DNA from: Trypanosoma brucei
Lineage: Eukaryota
Reading direction: 5' to 3'
NCBI GenBank assembly: GCA_000002445.1
Contig: CP000066.1
Location: forward strand, 448,001 to 512,000
Length of the DNA stretch: 64,000 nucleotides
Positions 52,960 through 63,957 of the stretch are shown here, one piece after another. The position numbers and the translations under genes are program-made. The notes below the pieces were generated by a model. That model was not told the origin of the DNA, did no database searches, and saw only the letters and a list, made by a program, of their open reading frames with translations. The stretch's first letter is position 1, and each line of letters starts with the position of its first letter.

Positions 52960-54735
52960 CTACTGACGCTGCTGGCGTAACGAATTCCCCCACCCCTCAT
53001 GTCCCACACACATGGGTGATGGGGGCGCCAAGTTCGTCACACCGACACCATTGTAATAAGAATAGTGATGATGATTAGGTGACGAGTGTGGAGTGGCGCG
53101 GTGCCCTCCGTAAGGCGAGTGGTAGCCACCTGCGTAAACGTTATTCCAGCAGTGGTTTGTGTTGTCCATATATGTCCCACACCCATTTCCAGGGGCACTG
53201 CATCCACTTGTAGAGTTGTAAGAGTAACCAACGCTGCGTTGAGCTCCATGTTGTATTGGTGATCCCTGACGAGAAGAATCGGCCCAATGTGGTGAGTAAA
53301 TGGTAGGCTGAGCAAGCACAGACAGGAACGGGGGCATGTGACTGCTGTTGGAATGAGTACTGCCGTAATATGGCGTGTGTGGTGTATTTGGAATGGAACA
53401 AGTACCACCACCGCCACCGCAAACATTTGAAGAGCATACATTGGGCATACCCATACTGGGCCCGTGAGGTCCACCGACTGCAGAAAGACCGCCCACTGCA
53501 TATGGTCCCGGGCGCTGGTGCGAAGCGGAAGGCATAGACACCGATACATCCCGTCGCTGATTGCGGGTGACAACAGGAGTACATGCGACAGTGCCCGCCA
53601 TCGTGCCAACCACACCGTGCGCTGTTGTTGGTGTAAAGGACAGAAATCCACACGATTGCTCATCAGCAGCGTTCTGCACCCGCTCCAAACCAAGACGCCC
53701 CAGCGTTGGAATGCCAATTCGTGTGTACTGTGGAGCTAAGTTATCTGCGTCATAATCATCCCAGAGGTGCAACTGCCGCCGCCACACGTTGAGATACCTA
53801 TCGAATGTGCGTTTACTGCAATCATACTCGGGACGTGGTGTCATGGGATGCATTGGATTGCGGAACTCACGATCACAACGGGATGGCACGGCTCTGATGT
53901 AGTTTTCGTAACCCGCCGTTTCTTTGCCGTATTGTACCTGCCTTAGACGCTGCTGAAGACGACGTGCCCGCTCCGTAGTGTCACCACGGTTAAGGTCAGC
54001 GGGATCCAATTCCACGCCACTATAATTTAAGTGCTTCTCCTCCGCTTCTACCATGCGGAGAGCAATGGGGCACTGCAGTGGTTCCGAAGCGTTGTAAACA
54101 CCAGGACCCGCACAGTCGGCATCGTTACCCAAATGAACAATGGTCGCCATACGTTTGTTGCCATTGTTGTTTAAGACACGAGTAGAAACAATGTGTGATG
54201 AACCATTAGTGGTTCCACCACCAGCGACAGCCGTATCGTGTGGTGTTGCAGAATGTGTAACATCCCCGCCGCACATGTCCCCCGCGTGTCCAATGTCACC
54301 TCCGTCCAGCACTGCAATGGGTGAGCGCTGCGAAGAGCACTGGGAAGGAATATACCCACACCGGGCCATCGAATCAGGTGTGCGGGATACCACAGATTTA
54401 TATACCGATGTCACGGGAACGGCAGTTTCCGCAGGGTTGCGTGTGTACCTCTCCAGTTCTGATTCCACACCAAATACAGACGGTGGAATGCTACGATACG
54501 GCTGGTGGACCGTCACCATGGGAGATCGAAGCTGCTGCGACATTGTCGCCGCAACCGATGTTGTCGAAGAGGCACCGTTGCGAATAGGCGTTTGTGAGGT
54601 TGAAATGTCAATCTTTGGGGATCCGGTTCCCAGAGAAGTATCGAACTTCGGATGATTGGCGCCGCTGTAGCTGTTGTTCATCCACACACCGCTTGAGCCC
54701 AACGCCCGCCTAGTGCTGCTCTCAGTCATGGACAT
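52960..54735 (-). CDS. SLBP: Histone-mRNA stem-loop-binding protein (SLBP)-family RNA-binding protein; candidate SLBP2
   Basis: 591 aa with a verified ATG. The central region reads ERARRLQQRLRQVQYGKETAGYENYIRAVPSRCDREFRNPMHPMTPRPEYDCSKRTFDRYLNVWRRQLHLWDD. It matches the SLBP RNA-binding domain [24 protein letters not shown]...[23 protein letters not shown]..WD. The remainder is low-complexity and Ser/Gly/His/Tyr-rich. Confidence 0.8.
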   Translation of the reverse strand: MSMTESSTRRALGSSGVWMNNSYSGANHPKFDTSLGTGSPKIDISTSQTPIRNGASSTTSVAATMSQQLRSPMVTVHQPYRSIPPSVFGVESELERYTRNPAETAVPVTSVYKSVVSRTPDSMARCGYIPSQCSSQRSPIAVLDGGDIGHAGDMCGGDVTHSATPHDTAVAGGGTTNGSSHIVSTRVLNNNGNKRMATIVHLGNDADCAGPGVYNASEPLQCPIALRMVEAEEKHLNYSGVELDPADLNRGDTTERARRLQQRLRQVQYGKETAGYENYIRAVPSRCDREFRNPMHPMTPRPEYDCSKRTFDRYLNVWRRQLHLWDDYDADNLAPQYTRIGIPTLGRLGLERVQNAADEQSCGFLSFTPTTAHGVVGTMAGTVACTPVVTRNQRRDVSVSMPSASHQRPGPYAVGGLSAVGGPHGPSMGMPNVCSSNVCGGGGGTCSIPNTPHTPYYGSTHSNSSHMPPFLSVLAQPTIYSPHWADSSRQGSPIQHGAQRSVGYSYNSTSGCSAPGNGCGTYMDNTNHCWNNVYAGGYHSPYGGHRATPHSSPNHHHYSYYNGVGVTNLAPPSPMCVGHEGWGNSLRQQRQ

Positions 54736-57713
54736 TCAAGGGGGGGGAAATGTAGCGTCTATGGAACTGTCTTTTCTTTATCTTTCTTTATATTTTTATA
54801 TATTGTTCTCTCCTTTTTGTTTTTTTTTAAAAAACCTTTTAAAAATCCTTTATTTAATTTTCTTTTTAACAATCGAACGGCTAAAACCGCTACTAGTAAT
54901 AATAAATGTGGGGTCTACCTTCCACCTCCCCCCTTCACTTCTTCCTTTTTTCTCCTATGCGAAAACTTTTCAGAAACTTTTATTGCTCTCGCGTTTTGTC
55001 TTGTTTTTTTGTTTGCAAAGAAAAAATTTGGCTGCCGCGTACGGTTTCTTTCGTTCCTTTTCCTCAGTTTCCTGAAATGCTCTTATTCTACCTTGAAAAA
55101 TATTTTTTAAAAAAAATTCCCCTCCGACCGTGCAGTCGTAACAAACAAATCACAGAATGCAAATCAATCAATTTCTCCCCCCTTTTTTTTCTTTTTGATT
55201 CCCTCGCCTCTACTGTGGATTACACGGTTAGTATATTCAGACTGTTAAAATATTCCCTTGGCCGTTTTTCTTCCTTCTTACCTTCGCGTTATTTTCCCCC
55301 CTCTTCCTTTTTCCTTCTTGAAAGAACAGGCCGATTTTAACCCAAACTGGCGAAGCTCACCGGTCTTCGACTAACGAGTTTGAATTCGTCCTTTCTCTTT
55401 ACACCCCAATTTCTGTCGTTGTTGTTGTTGTTGTCTCTTGTTTTTGTTTTTTTTGTTTTCGTTCTGATTTGTTGAGGTTTTGTGTCGTCTTGATTTGACT
55501 AATTTTTTTTCTTTACTTTTCGTTACACGGCAATGACACACGTCTGTGGTTTATATATTTCCCCCACCTTCCCCCCTAATATGTGCTGTCCCTGCCTCGC
55601 TTGGATGAACAGACGGACAGAAGCGGGGGAAAAGGGGAAAAAAAAAAAGAACAGAACAGAACAGAACAGAGCGAAAAGCAAGGTAAAGTAAAGGAAAGGA
55701 AAGGAAAATTATGTCAGGAGTTAAACTCAACCGCCACCGCTGCTCGTAACAATAATAACAACAGTGAGGATTATTATTATTACTATTATTATTACTATGA
55801 TACCCAACACCGGCTCGTGCACCCCTGCTCACAGAAACGAAGTAAATATATATAAATATATATAAATATATATGAACTATATTTGCTTTTCCACCTTCCC
55901 CCTTCTTGTTTTACCTTATTTCAATTATTCTCCCCAACCCCTTTCTTCAAACTTATGCAAGAGTTTGTGTATGATAATTGCACTTGCTTACTCCTGTTGA
56001 GTAGCTTCTTCCCTTTTTCTTTTGTTTTGTTGCTTTCGTTTTTGATGTCACCTTACGTCTAAAATGAGTGTAGATTATTCAATGCACTGTAATATATATA
56101 TATACGTGTACAAATAACCGTAATTTTTATTACGGCTAATCTGGAGAGCAAAAAACAAAAAAAGAAATACACTAATTGTATTTATATTTGTAAATGGCGA
56201 TTCGGTATTTTTTAAAAAAAGGGTATTGTACAGACAAAAAAAAAACACACACACAAAAACCTAAACCCTATCTTTCTATCCGTCAACACCTTTTCTTTTT
56301 GTTTTCCCTGTTTGTTTATCCCCCTTATGTTCCCTAAATAATAACAGCAACAACCTCCTTTGGTAATGCGGTCACTTATGATTTAACCAGCAAACAATGT
56401 TTTTTTTTTACAGAAAAAAAAGAATGGGGGAGAAATACTCGTTACAGCTCGATACCATAATATAAAAGGAAGAAAAGGAAAATGAAGCAACCTGTAAGAA
56501 GATGAGCATCAATAACATTCAGTTAATAATTATAATATATAATCATCATACTCTTATTATTATTATAAATGGGACCAAAGCCCCAAGCAGAGTTAGGAGT
56601 AATGTTGCGCACTCGGCAAATGGAAAAGCAGAAGGAAGAGAAAGTGTGCGAAAGGCAAAAATATCCGCACAATTATTGTCTGCCTTTTTTTTTTCCTCTT
56701 TTTTTTTTAATTTTATTTTACTAATAACAGCGAAATTAGACAACAAATAAGAGGAAGTAAAAGGAAAAGATAGGAAAGGAAACTCAATGAGAACTTTTTA
56801 CACGCACTTAAAAATGCACAATACATTAAAGTAAATGACCCCATTTCCTCCCCCATTCCCCCTTTCCTCTGAATTTGTTTTACTGTTCTTTGCTTTCTCA
56901 TGTCTCATCTACTTCATCATTTCCTCCGCCACAAATGACACATACACACGTATGAAAGAGAAAAGAAACACACGCGCTATCGGACAATGTATCACATTGT
57001 TTGTTTGTTTGTTCGTTTGATCTTTTTTTTTTGCCTTTTTATCCGTTCATTATTTTCCCACCTCTGCGTTCCCCATCATACCTCAAAGGGAATAACACAA
57101 CAATAAGAGTAATATTTTTTTTAAAAAAGAAAAAGGACCTCAATTTCCCGTTTCAGCTGCTTGTTTTATTAAAACAAGTATCATGTAGAGAAACAGAGTA
57201 CAAACCCACATCCCGATCTTGCTCCCTCCATTCCTACTTTTTTTCTTCCTCACCATCACCGCACCGCCATTGCCTTTTCGAATTCTTGAACGTTATGGAT
57301 GTGTTGCGTGTTGAACCTTTAAGTTTCGACCATCAACAACGGGAGCGAGAGGGGAAACAAAAAAAAAACATTGTGGCGACATGGAAAAACATGAGCCGCT
57401 GGAAGTAACAGCAAATATTGGGAGGCGTTGCGGGCAGAAACGGATGAAAGAATAAGAATTTCCCCCCCCACACACACACACACCCAAATCCCCTCAGCGT
57501 CTTCATTTCAGCTTCCCCTCGTTTATCATGCTTCTTTGACAGCTCTCCACCTGTTCTTTTTTTTTTCTTTTCCCCCCTTCCCTTCCCTTCATTATTTCCC
57601 TTCATCCCGCGTAAACACAGACACACGCACATACACATGAATGTAAACGTAAATCCATACAGTCCCTTCCTCACCACTGATTTGCACTTTCCTTACTTCA
57701 GGTGAAGAAGTGT

Positions 57714-59528
57714 TCAACGCAGCTCATTCTCGAGGTATTTGTAATCAAAAACGAAGTCTTCTTTTTCTTCCAAATTCCAGCCTTCCTCAAAGTTGAAGAA
57801 CTGAAACGACCCGCGCTCGCTCCCCTCCAGAGATTCTTTTGGGGGACCATTTCGCTTAAACCAAGTGTTGAGTTGAGTGTGGTAACGGAAGGAACGCTCC
57901 TTAATTTGTCCCGCGGCACAATACTGCTGATACGTGTTCTGGTGATAGTAAAAGATAAAGAAAAGGGTCTCAAGCTCAAATGTCCGGTAAATCTCCGGAG
58001 AAGCTAACGCTGGGAGAACCTGCTGTGGAAAAAAAGGAACGTGCACTGTTGGATTGGAGGGCTCAAATGGACGTTGCCGGTCAACGTCCTGCGTATGTGG
58101 CAAGTTTGCTAAGGACATGTCAATAAGCTGCAGCATGGTGTTCCTGTCCAAAAAATCATCGTGTGCTGTTGAAACCGGTGCGGGGGAAACATGGGAAGCG
58201 GGTGCAGCGCTGAGTTGCCTCGTTTCTCCAGTAGCGGCGGTGTTGGCACTGCTGGGAGACATGGAAGCCATCCCGGATGCCTGAGATGGAGCCGCTGCCG
58301 CAGGTTGCTCAAGGTTTGACTTCTTACTTGTAGTGGAAGGTGGCGACACGAGACTTGCAGGTCGGCCCTTCTCCCAATCACCCAGCCGTGAACCGGTGCT
58401 CGTTGCCCTCGCCATATCTGCTAAAGAACCGGTCCCAACCATGGCCATCGCATCGTCGCCGAAGGTGTCGTCGTTCATTTTGTCCATGTCGTCTTCCGGA
58501 AAATCTGCGTTTTCGTCCCAGTTGTCGTGCAACCCGTCCCTGCCACCTACCGTCGATGTTATTGAGGTGTTTCCCTTGTGTGGGCTCGGGCTTCCGGAAC
58601 CCAACCGCTTCGCCCCATCCATTCTGTTTGCCGTTGCGGAACCGGGGCCTTTCCTGGCATCAGAGGAAGTGGGACCGCTCATCTTCGCACTGGAAGAAGG
58701 TGTATTGGATTTTGTCCCTCCCATTCTCACCGGACTCAGTTTGTTATTTGGGTTGCGGGAATTAGGAGAAGCCGCATCCTCATCCTCCCCAACCGTGCTA
58801 CCACCCCGTCGCCTCTCTGAAACTAACTGCTCGTCGAAACCAAATTGGGCGTACAGGTCTTCATCTTCATTGTTGTCATCATCGTCGCTGCCGTTGGTAT
58901 CACCACGTTTGATTGCCTCTACACGCTCTTTGATTCCGTAAACACTTTCGGGGTTTACATCTCCGTTTGCGATACCTTTGAGGAGCAACTCAAGGCGTGC
59001 TACGTGAAATTTAAGTTTTTGCGTACGGGTCGAAGTGGTTGCAGACACAGAATTCTTATTACGTCCGTGGTTTCCACGCCCACTGCGTTCCGCATCCGAC
59101 TCGGAGAGCTGCACTTGCTTCCGCAAACTATCTGTTGTGTTCTTGAGCCATGCCTCCACATCCTTTACTCCTTCCTGCTGCGCCTCGCTCAAGGCACCAG
59201 TGCCTAACCCATCTTTCCCAGATCCCTTCGTTTTCATCGCCTGCTCACACATCTTAAACGTTTCGATCCTCTCGTGAAGTTTTTGCATCCACGGCTCAAC
59301 GCTCCCTTTCGAGTCCTTGGAGTCCGAAGGTGGGCAAGTGGCCTTTATTAAGTCATAGCTGCGTTGAAGCTTCCTAGCCTCCCTTCTGAGTTCGGCCTCT
59401 AGTTTCTCCCTCTGGGGTGACGTACTGTTGTTGAACTTCGTGTAAACACTATCGTAGCTGTTAATTTCCTCCTGTGTACGGCGAAGGAGCCGCTCGATCT
59501 CCTGTTGACTCTTTTTATTATTTGTCAT
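57714..59528 (-). CDS. NOT5: CCR4-NOT complex subunit NOT3/NOT5 family
   Basis: 604 aa with a verified ATG. The N-terminus is the Not3 coiled-coil domain (EIERLLRRTQEEINSYDS...REKLEAELRREARKLQRSYDLIK). The C-terminal NOT-box reads TLFFIFYYHQNTYQQYCAAGQIKERSFRYHTQLNTWFKRN...FQFFNFEEGWNLEEKEDFVFDYKYLE. Confidence 0.9.
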   Translation of the reverse strand: MTNNKKSQQEIERLLRRTQEEINSYDSVYTKFNNSTSPQREKLEAELRREARKLQRSYDLIKATCPPSDSKDSKGSVEPWMQKLHERIETFKMCEQAMKTKGSGKDGLGTGALSEAQQEGVKDVEAWLKNTTDSLRKQVQLSESDAERSGRGNHGRNKNSVSATTSTRTQKLKFHVARLELLLKGIANGDVNPESVYGIKERVEAIKRGDTNGSDDDDNNEDEDLYAQFGFDEQLVSERRRGGSTVGEDEDAASPNSRNPNNKLSPVRMGGTKSNTPSSSAKMSGPTSSDARKGPGSATANRMDGAKRLGSGSPSPHKGNTSITSTVGGRDGLHDNWDENADFPEDDMDKMNDDTFGDDAMAMVGTGSLADMARATSTGSRLGDWEKGRPASLVSPPSTTSKKSNLEQPAAAAPSQASGMASMSPSSANTAATGETRQLSAAPASHVSPAPVSTAHDDFLDRNTMLQLIDMSLANLPHTQDVDRQRPFEPSNPTVHVPFFPQQVLPALASPEIYRTFELETLFFIFYYHQNTYQQYCAAGQIKERSFRYHTQLNTWFKRNGPPKESLEGSERGSFQFFNFEEGWNLEEKEDFVFDYKYLENELR

Positions 59529-60341
59529 TATCCCCTGGGTTTTTTTTGCACGTTCCCACTTCCCGCCCTCAATAACCCTTTGCGTACCGCAGAACTGCCA
59601 CTCCGTATAATCTTGATTCCCCTTCTTTCCTACCCAACCTCAAGAAATTGCGTTTGTAGTTCCACACTCTTCCGATGTTTACTCCTCTCGGTGCCTTCTT
59701 CCTTCTACACTCCTTTCTTATGCTCTTCTTTCGTGCCTCAGTGTATTTAAAAAAAAAAACTCCCTTCCCCTCGTTCCTAATAGTTTTATTGTTTCTATCA
59801 TTTGGCAAAAAAAAAAGGAAGTGAAGTGCAGGTTACAAGTCCGAGCAAACGCGATCGCGCCAATGGAGACAGCTCACCTTAACGCCTTGAAAATAGCAGG
59901 ATATTCGCAAACTTTTGTATGCGTACGTATTTTACTCGGTGGAACCTCAATACTATTCGTTGTAGAACGGGTAAAGCACGACACCACGTGTAGCGCATAT
60001 GTGCACAGAAAAAAAAAAGCGATAAAACATGGTGAGCGCCTTTGTTATCTCCAATACCGCCCGCCTTCCATACAAGAAAGTGTGTGAGCGGGGAGAAGAA
60101 ATGGAAGAGAAATGTCGCGAGTTAGAAAATAACCATGGTGGCTCGTATTCGTATACACCCTGTCCTCACGTCAGTCCATAGCCATAAATGCACTTAAACC
60201 CAATTATGTTACCTGCACAGCTTTACACGTGAAAGCACTTCCCTTCGCGTGTCACTAAAAGTTGCAGCGGTAAAACAAATTAGCATCGTTTCCACACACA
60301 CACACACACACACAAAATATTTTTAAAAAAAAACAGCACCA

Positions 60342-61781
60342 TCACGCCCATGTCTTAATGGCACCATCCCACGCTGAGGTGACAACGCGGGAAGCCTCAA
60401 CTGGGTGCCAGCGATGCGACACAAGAGTTTGAGTGTGGGCTGAAAAAGATCGTAGTAGCTCACCAGTAGCCCACGACCAGATAAACAACTTACCATTGAT
60501 GTCACCACTCGACAAATAGCGGCCATCAGGACTAAATGCCAGTTGACAACGCGTGCCTGAAATTGTGTGGCCGCTAAATACACGATGACGAAGTAACTTC
60601 ACTTGTCCTCCACCACCATCAGAGAATACAAGTGCTTGATTGTTGAGCGATTGGGCAACAAGCATGTCTTCTGTGGGGTGCCGCACGACATGAGTGATGG
60701 CATGCATAGAGACATCCGCAATCTGTTTGATTTGAACTGGAACCCTAAAGTCCCACGTGCGGAGCGTCTTGTCCTCCGCTGTCGTTAAAAGTTTCTTCCC
60801 TCCACTAAGCAGCGAGAGATTAAAAATGGTCCCCATATGGCCCGTGTACTCGCGTTGGTACTTCTGGTAACTCACCCGCACGTCATAAAGGACCACTTTC
60901 CTGTCCAGTGCTACAAGTATTAAGGAAGTTGGATCTAGAGGATGATGCAGGTGCTGCACGCAGGGAAGCCGCTCCGAATTCGTCAGCACGCCTCGGCACT
61001 CACCATGTTCAACGTCCCACATCGCTACCGTCCCATCAACAGAACCTGTGGACATTGTTTCCCCATCCGGAGTCACCTCTAGGGATTTCACTGGTTGTGA
61101 ATGGGCTACAAATGAAGCAATGCACTGACGGCGGGAAGAGAAGGTCTCGTAAAGCCTCACCTCACCCTTTAAATCAGCGGCAAACAACAAATGACCAACG
61201 GGAGGTAGCCACTGAAGCTGTTGAATGCCCGCCGCATGCTTGTCGCAACTGCCTTTCATTTGTCGTGGGAGACGGCACTCATGCGAGCGCGGTTGCAGCG
61301 ATGGGGGAGGCTCCAAGAAAGACCTGCCCAAGTAATTGGTGCGCTCAAATGATGGATCAAAATTAGCTTGAAGTGTATTTGCCGCTACAGAGGTGGAGAC
61401 GTTAGTATTCACCTCTGTAGCACCAGCAGCAGAAATAACCGCAGGTGTGGCTGAATCGGAGACCCCCACCTGCGCGGGTCCTTCACCACTTCGTACCCGC
61501 TTGCGCGCCACTGGCTGAGTGGTTCGCTTCTCAGGTAATCCGCCGCCATCAGTTTTTTTCACATAAGCCTCCTCAAACCCCTCCGGCGGAGGCAAATATG
61601 CCCGTTTCACATCCTCCGGGGTGGCTAAAAAACGCAGCGGAAGTCCGGCGTGCAGATCTGCGCTCGCGTCTTGCCTCCGTTGTTCAGAACTATCCTCGGA
61701 AACGGGCAACGTATATCCCTTCTCTCGAGCCACACGCTGCAGGACTTTGGGATCAATATGCGGTGCAAGGTCAAAAAGCAT
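60342..61781 (-). CDS. PRP17: Pre-mRNA-processing factor 17 (PRP17/CDC40)-like WD40-repeat protein
   Basis: The track start is TTG, and the first ATG is at 61779-61781 (MLFDLAPHIDPKVL). The C-terminal half holds seven WD repeats. It ends HRWHPVEASRVVTSAWDGAIKTWA, which parallels human CDC40 [22 protein letters not shown]. Confidence 0.8.
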   Translation of the reverse strand: MLFDLAPHIDPKVLQRVAREKGYTLPVSEDSSEQRRQDASADLHAGLPLRFLATPEDVKRAYLPPPEGFEEAYVKKTDGGGLPEKRTTQPVARKRVRSGEGPAQVGVSDSATPAVISAAGATEVNTNVSTSVAANTLQANFDPSFERTNYLGRSFLEPPPSLQPRSHECRLPRQMKGSCDKHAAGIQQLQWLPPVGHLLFAADLKGEVRLYETFSSRRQCIASFVAHSQPVKSLEVTPDGETMSTGSVDGTVAMWDVEHGECRGVLTNSERLPCVQHLHHPLDPTSLILVALDRKVVLYDVRVSYQKYQREYTGHMGTIFNLSLLSGGKKLLTTAEDKTLRTWDFRVPVQIKQIADVSMHAITHVVRHPTEDMLVAQSLNNQALVFSDGGGGQVKLLRHRVFSGHTISGTRCQLAFSPDGRYLSSGDINGKLFIWSWATGELLRSFSAHTQTLVSHRWHPVEASRVVTSAWDGAIKTWA

Positions 61782-62640
61782 CGCTTCACCGCAGGTACAC
61801 GTAGGACGGGTTAAACAAGGGAGAAACAAAAGAACAAAAGCAACAGTTATAGCAATTACAATAAAAGAGTAATGGAAGAGGAGGCCGGAGTGATAGCGGC
61901 ATATTTGAACCAAACGATGAACGGTAGAAATTAGTCGTAGACAAGGACAAACACAAACATTGAGTGCGCCCCGTTATGGTCGTACCGACGCCACACAAAA
62001 GTTCGTGCACGGGTTAAAATGATAAAGTGAAACTAGACAAACAAAGGACGAACAAATAACTAGAAAGAAAAACGTACGCAACGATACTTCTAACAACAGG
62101 TATGCTTTACGCGTGCTTTCGATGCCGCTCCACACGCCGCCCAAGCACATGAAGATATGAGGGAACTCTCACACTCCTTTGCGACGCGCCGCTGCAGCCG
62201 CTTTCCAAGTTGACTTCCCTCTCCTCCGCACTGCGCTCATCAGTTGTTACCACACCGGTAAAAATGATAAGATGCTTCTACAGATGGACTGGAAACGAAC
62301 TGGTGAGTTTCATTCATGTGGTATGTAACAATTTAAGTTCCTGCAACGCAGGAAAAACGCACAAGTTTCTGTACATCGACGCATGGCGAATAAATAATGT
62401 GATGTTATCCCGACCGTCGGAAAAGATAAGGTTGAGGCAACCACAGTGGGTTGTAGGGACGGCATTGTTTGTTGGACTATATGCACGAACCTACGCGCTC
62501 AACAAGAAAGGACGTGGTTTACCGCGGCTACAATATCCCATTCTCTTTCTAGTTTTGATCATGAACCATTTCACCTTTTCCACACCTTTTTACTATTACT
62601 TCTTTTTTTGTTTTTTTTCTTTTTATTCCACCACCTTCCA

Positions 62641-63957
62641 CTACAGCTTTATTCCGGTCTTCTTGTGTGTGCTCGCACGGTCAATAAGAAAGTCATACCA
62701 GTTCGCCTCTGAGGTGGTGTCAATAGGTCGAAGTAATGGAAGCAGCACCTCCCTTCCAATCCTACAATTCTCGCATGTGTACAGCAACTGCTTCAGCCCG
62801 TCCTCTTCCTTTGTTGGAAGTTTCTGCACTTCCTTCGTTAGTGTGCAGGTGTAATAATTACAGTCCATGCATTGCAAACACCTGGTGCTTTGGTGCAGGT
62901 CACGTGATGTCAGTGTCACGCGGGAGCTGTCAGCGCAGCGTGGGCATTTCCACACACGGTAATGCGCGCAACCGTTGCTGAACTCCAGGTACTGTCCACG
63001 AGTCATGATTGATTGAAGGGTGGCGTCGTCCCTGACACGGTGCATCGAGCCGTAGCAAGTTGGGCACATGGTGTCGATGATTTGATTCACAAGCACCGTT
63101 GAGCAGAGACCGAAGAATATGATGCCGATTAGGAGGTACGGAACTGATGTCACGCCGTATGCAGCGGTTTTCGCAGCAAACCGCACTTTGTTTCGTGTGG
63201 GCAACGCCAGAAATCCCCTGTTCCACAGCGTGTGCATTTCCTGAGCTTGACGGGCGATGGCATACACAAGCTGTACCACGGCATAACTGGCTTTTCCCTC
63301 TCGTACGAGTGGTTGAAATATTTCCTTGACTGCTGCCTGGAGAAAGTGCTCTGCAAAATACTCCTCGATGGCAGGACTAGTCACGAGTTGGACGCTTGCC
63401 TCGCTCTGCGCAATCAACAGCAACAAGCCATTTCCACGCGGCTCTCCGATTCCCCAATCAAACAGTATGGAATTAGCAAAGGCTCTCGGCGTGGTATAAC
63501 CAACTGTGGGAACAAGCACAACATACATGTCCACCTCACACAGAGATTGCATTTTGTCAATGGCCTGCTCGATCTCCATTCGGTCCTCGCTTGAAAGCAA
63601 GCCACACAAATCACTTACACGCTTTTTCGCATAGCGAGGCACGAGTTCCCATGGCCGGTCGGACTTTCGGTAGTGAATCTCATCGAACGTTTGTATTTTC
63701 TCAAAAGAGGCGATAACTTCTTTGTTGTTGCGATGGCGACCTGCCTTAATGTCCGCAGCTAAGTCACGACTTTGTCCTAATTTTGCCAAAGGTGATAGAA
63801 GGTTGACACCAGCGCTACGTTGCGCCATGAGCAGCACCGGCCTGAACACCGCCGAACCTCCTCGTCCTCCTGAAAAAAAGACGATGTCGCTAAGAATGCG
63901 ACGAGCAGGAGATGAGGACACTCGGAGAGGGGAGAAGTTAATCCGTGTCCGCTCCAT
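62641..63957 (-). CDS. TPM-domain (TLP18.3/Psb32/MOLO-1 family) protein with downstream transmembrane helix and Cys-rich C-terminal region
   Basis: 438 aa with a verified ATG (atggagcggacacggat). The TPM core reads LSSEDRMEIEQAIDKMQSLCEVDMYVVLVPTVGYTTPRAFANSILFDWGIGEPRGNGLLLLIAQSE. A TM helix follows, VPYLLIGIIFFGLCSTVLV. The C-terminus contains multiple CxxC pairs (CPTC, CPRC, CLQC, CENC). Confidence 0.7.
   Translation of the reverse strand: MERTRINFSPLRVSSSPARRILSDIVFFSGGRGGSAVFRPVLLMAQRSAGVNLLSPLAKLGQSRDLAADIKAGRHRNNKEVIASFEKIQTFDEIHYRKSDRPWELVPRYAKKRVSDLCGLLSSEDRMEIEQAIDKMQSLCEVDMYVVLVPTVGYTTPRAFANSILFDWGIGEPRGNGLLLLIAQSEASVQLVTSPAIEEYFAEHFLQAAVKEIFQPLVREGKASYAVVQLVYAIARQAQEMHTLWNRGFLALPTRNKVRFAAKTAAYGVTSVPYLLIGIIFFGLCSTVLVNQIIDTMCPTCYGSMHRVRDDATLQSIMTRGQYLEFSNGCAHYRVWKCPRCADSSRVTLTSRDLHQSTRCLQCMDCNYYTCTLTKEVQKLPTKEEDGLKQLLYTCENCRIGREVLLPLLRPIDTTSEANWYDFLIDRASTHKKTGIKL

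Noticed and set aside
53037-53717. 226-aa and 170-aa ORFs nested in the SLBP gene in other frames
   Set aside because: They are alternative frames of GC-rich, low-complexity coding sequence. The SLBP frame carries a recognisable RNA-binding domain.
62210-62854. Plus-strand 214-aa ORF opposite the 3' end of the TPM gene
   Set aside because: The track start is TTG and the first ATG is well inside. The C-terminal half is a translation of a poly-pyrimidine tract (FYYYFFFCFFSFYSTTF...). It overlaps the TPM-domain CDS, and it would be the only plus-strand gene in a 64-kb minus-strand unit. Most likely spurious. The first ~90 aa (MIRCFYRW...YALNKKGRG) could be a real micro-protein only if RNA-seq shows antisense transcription.
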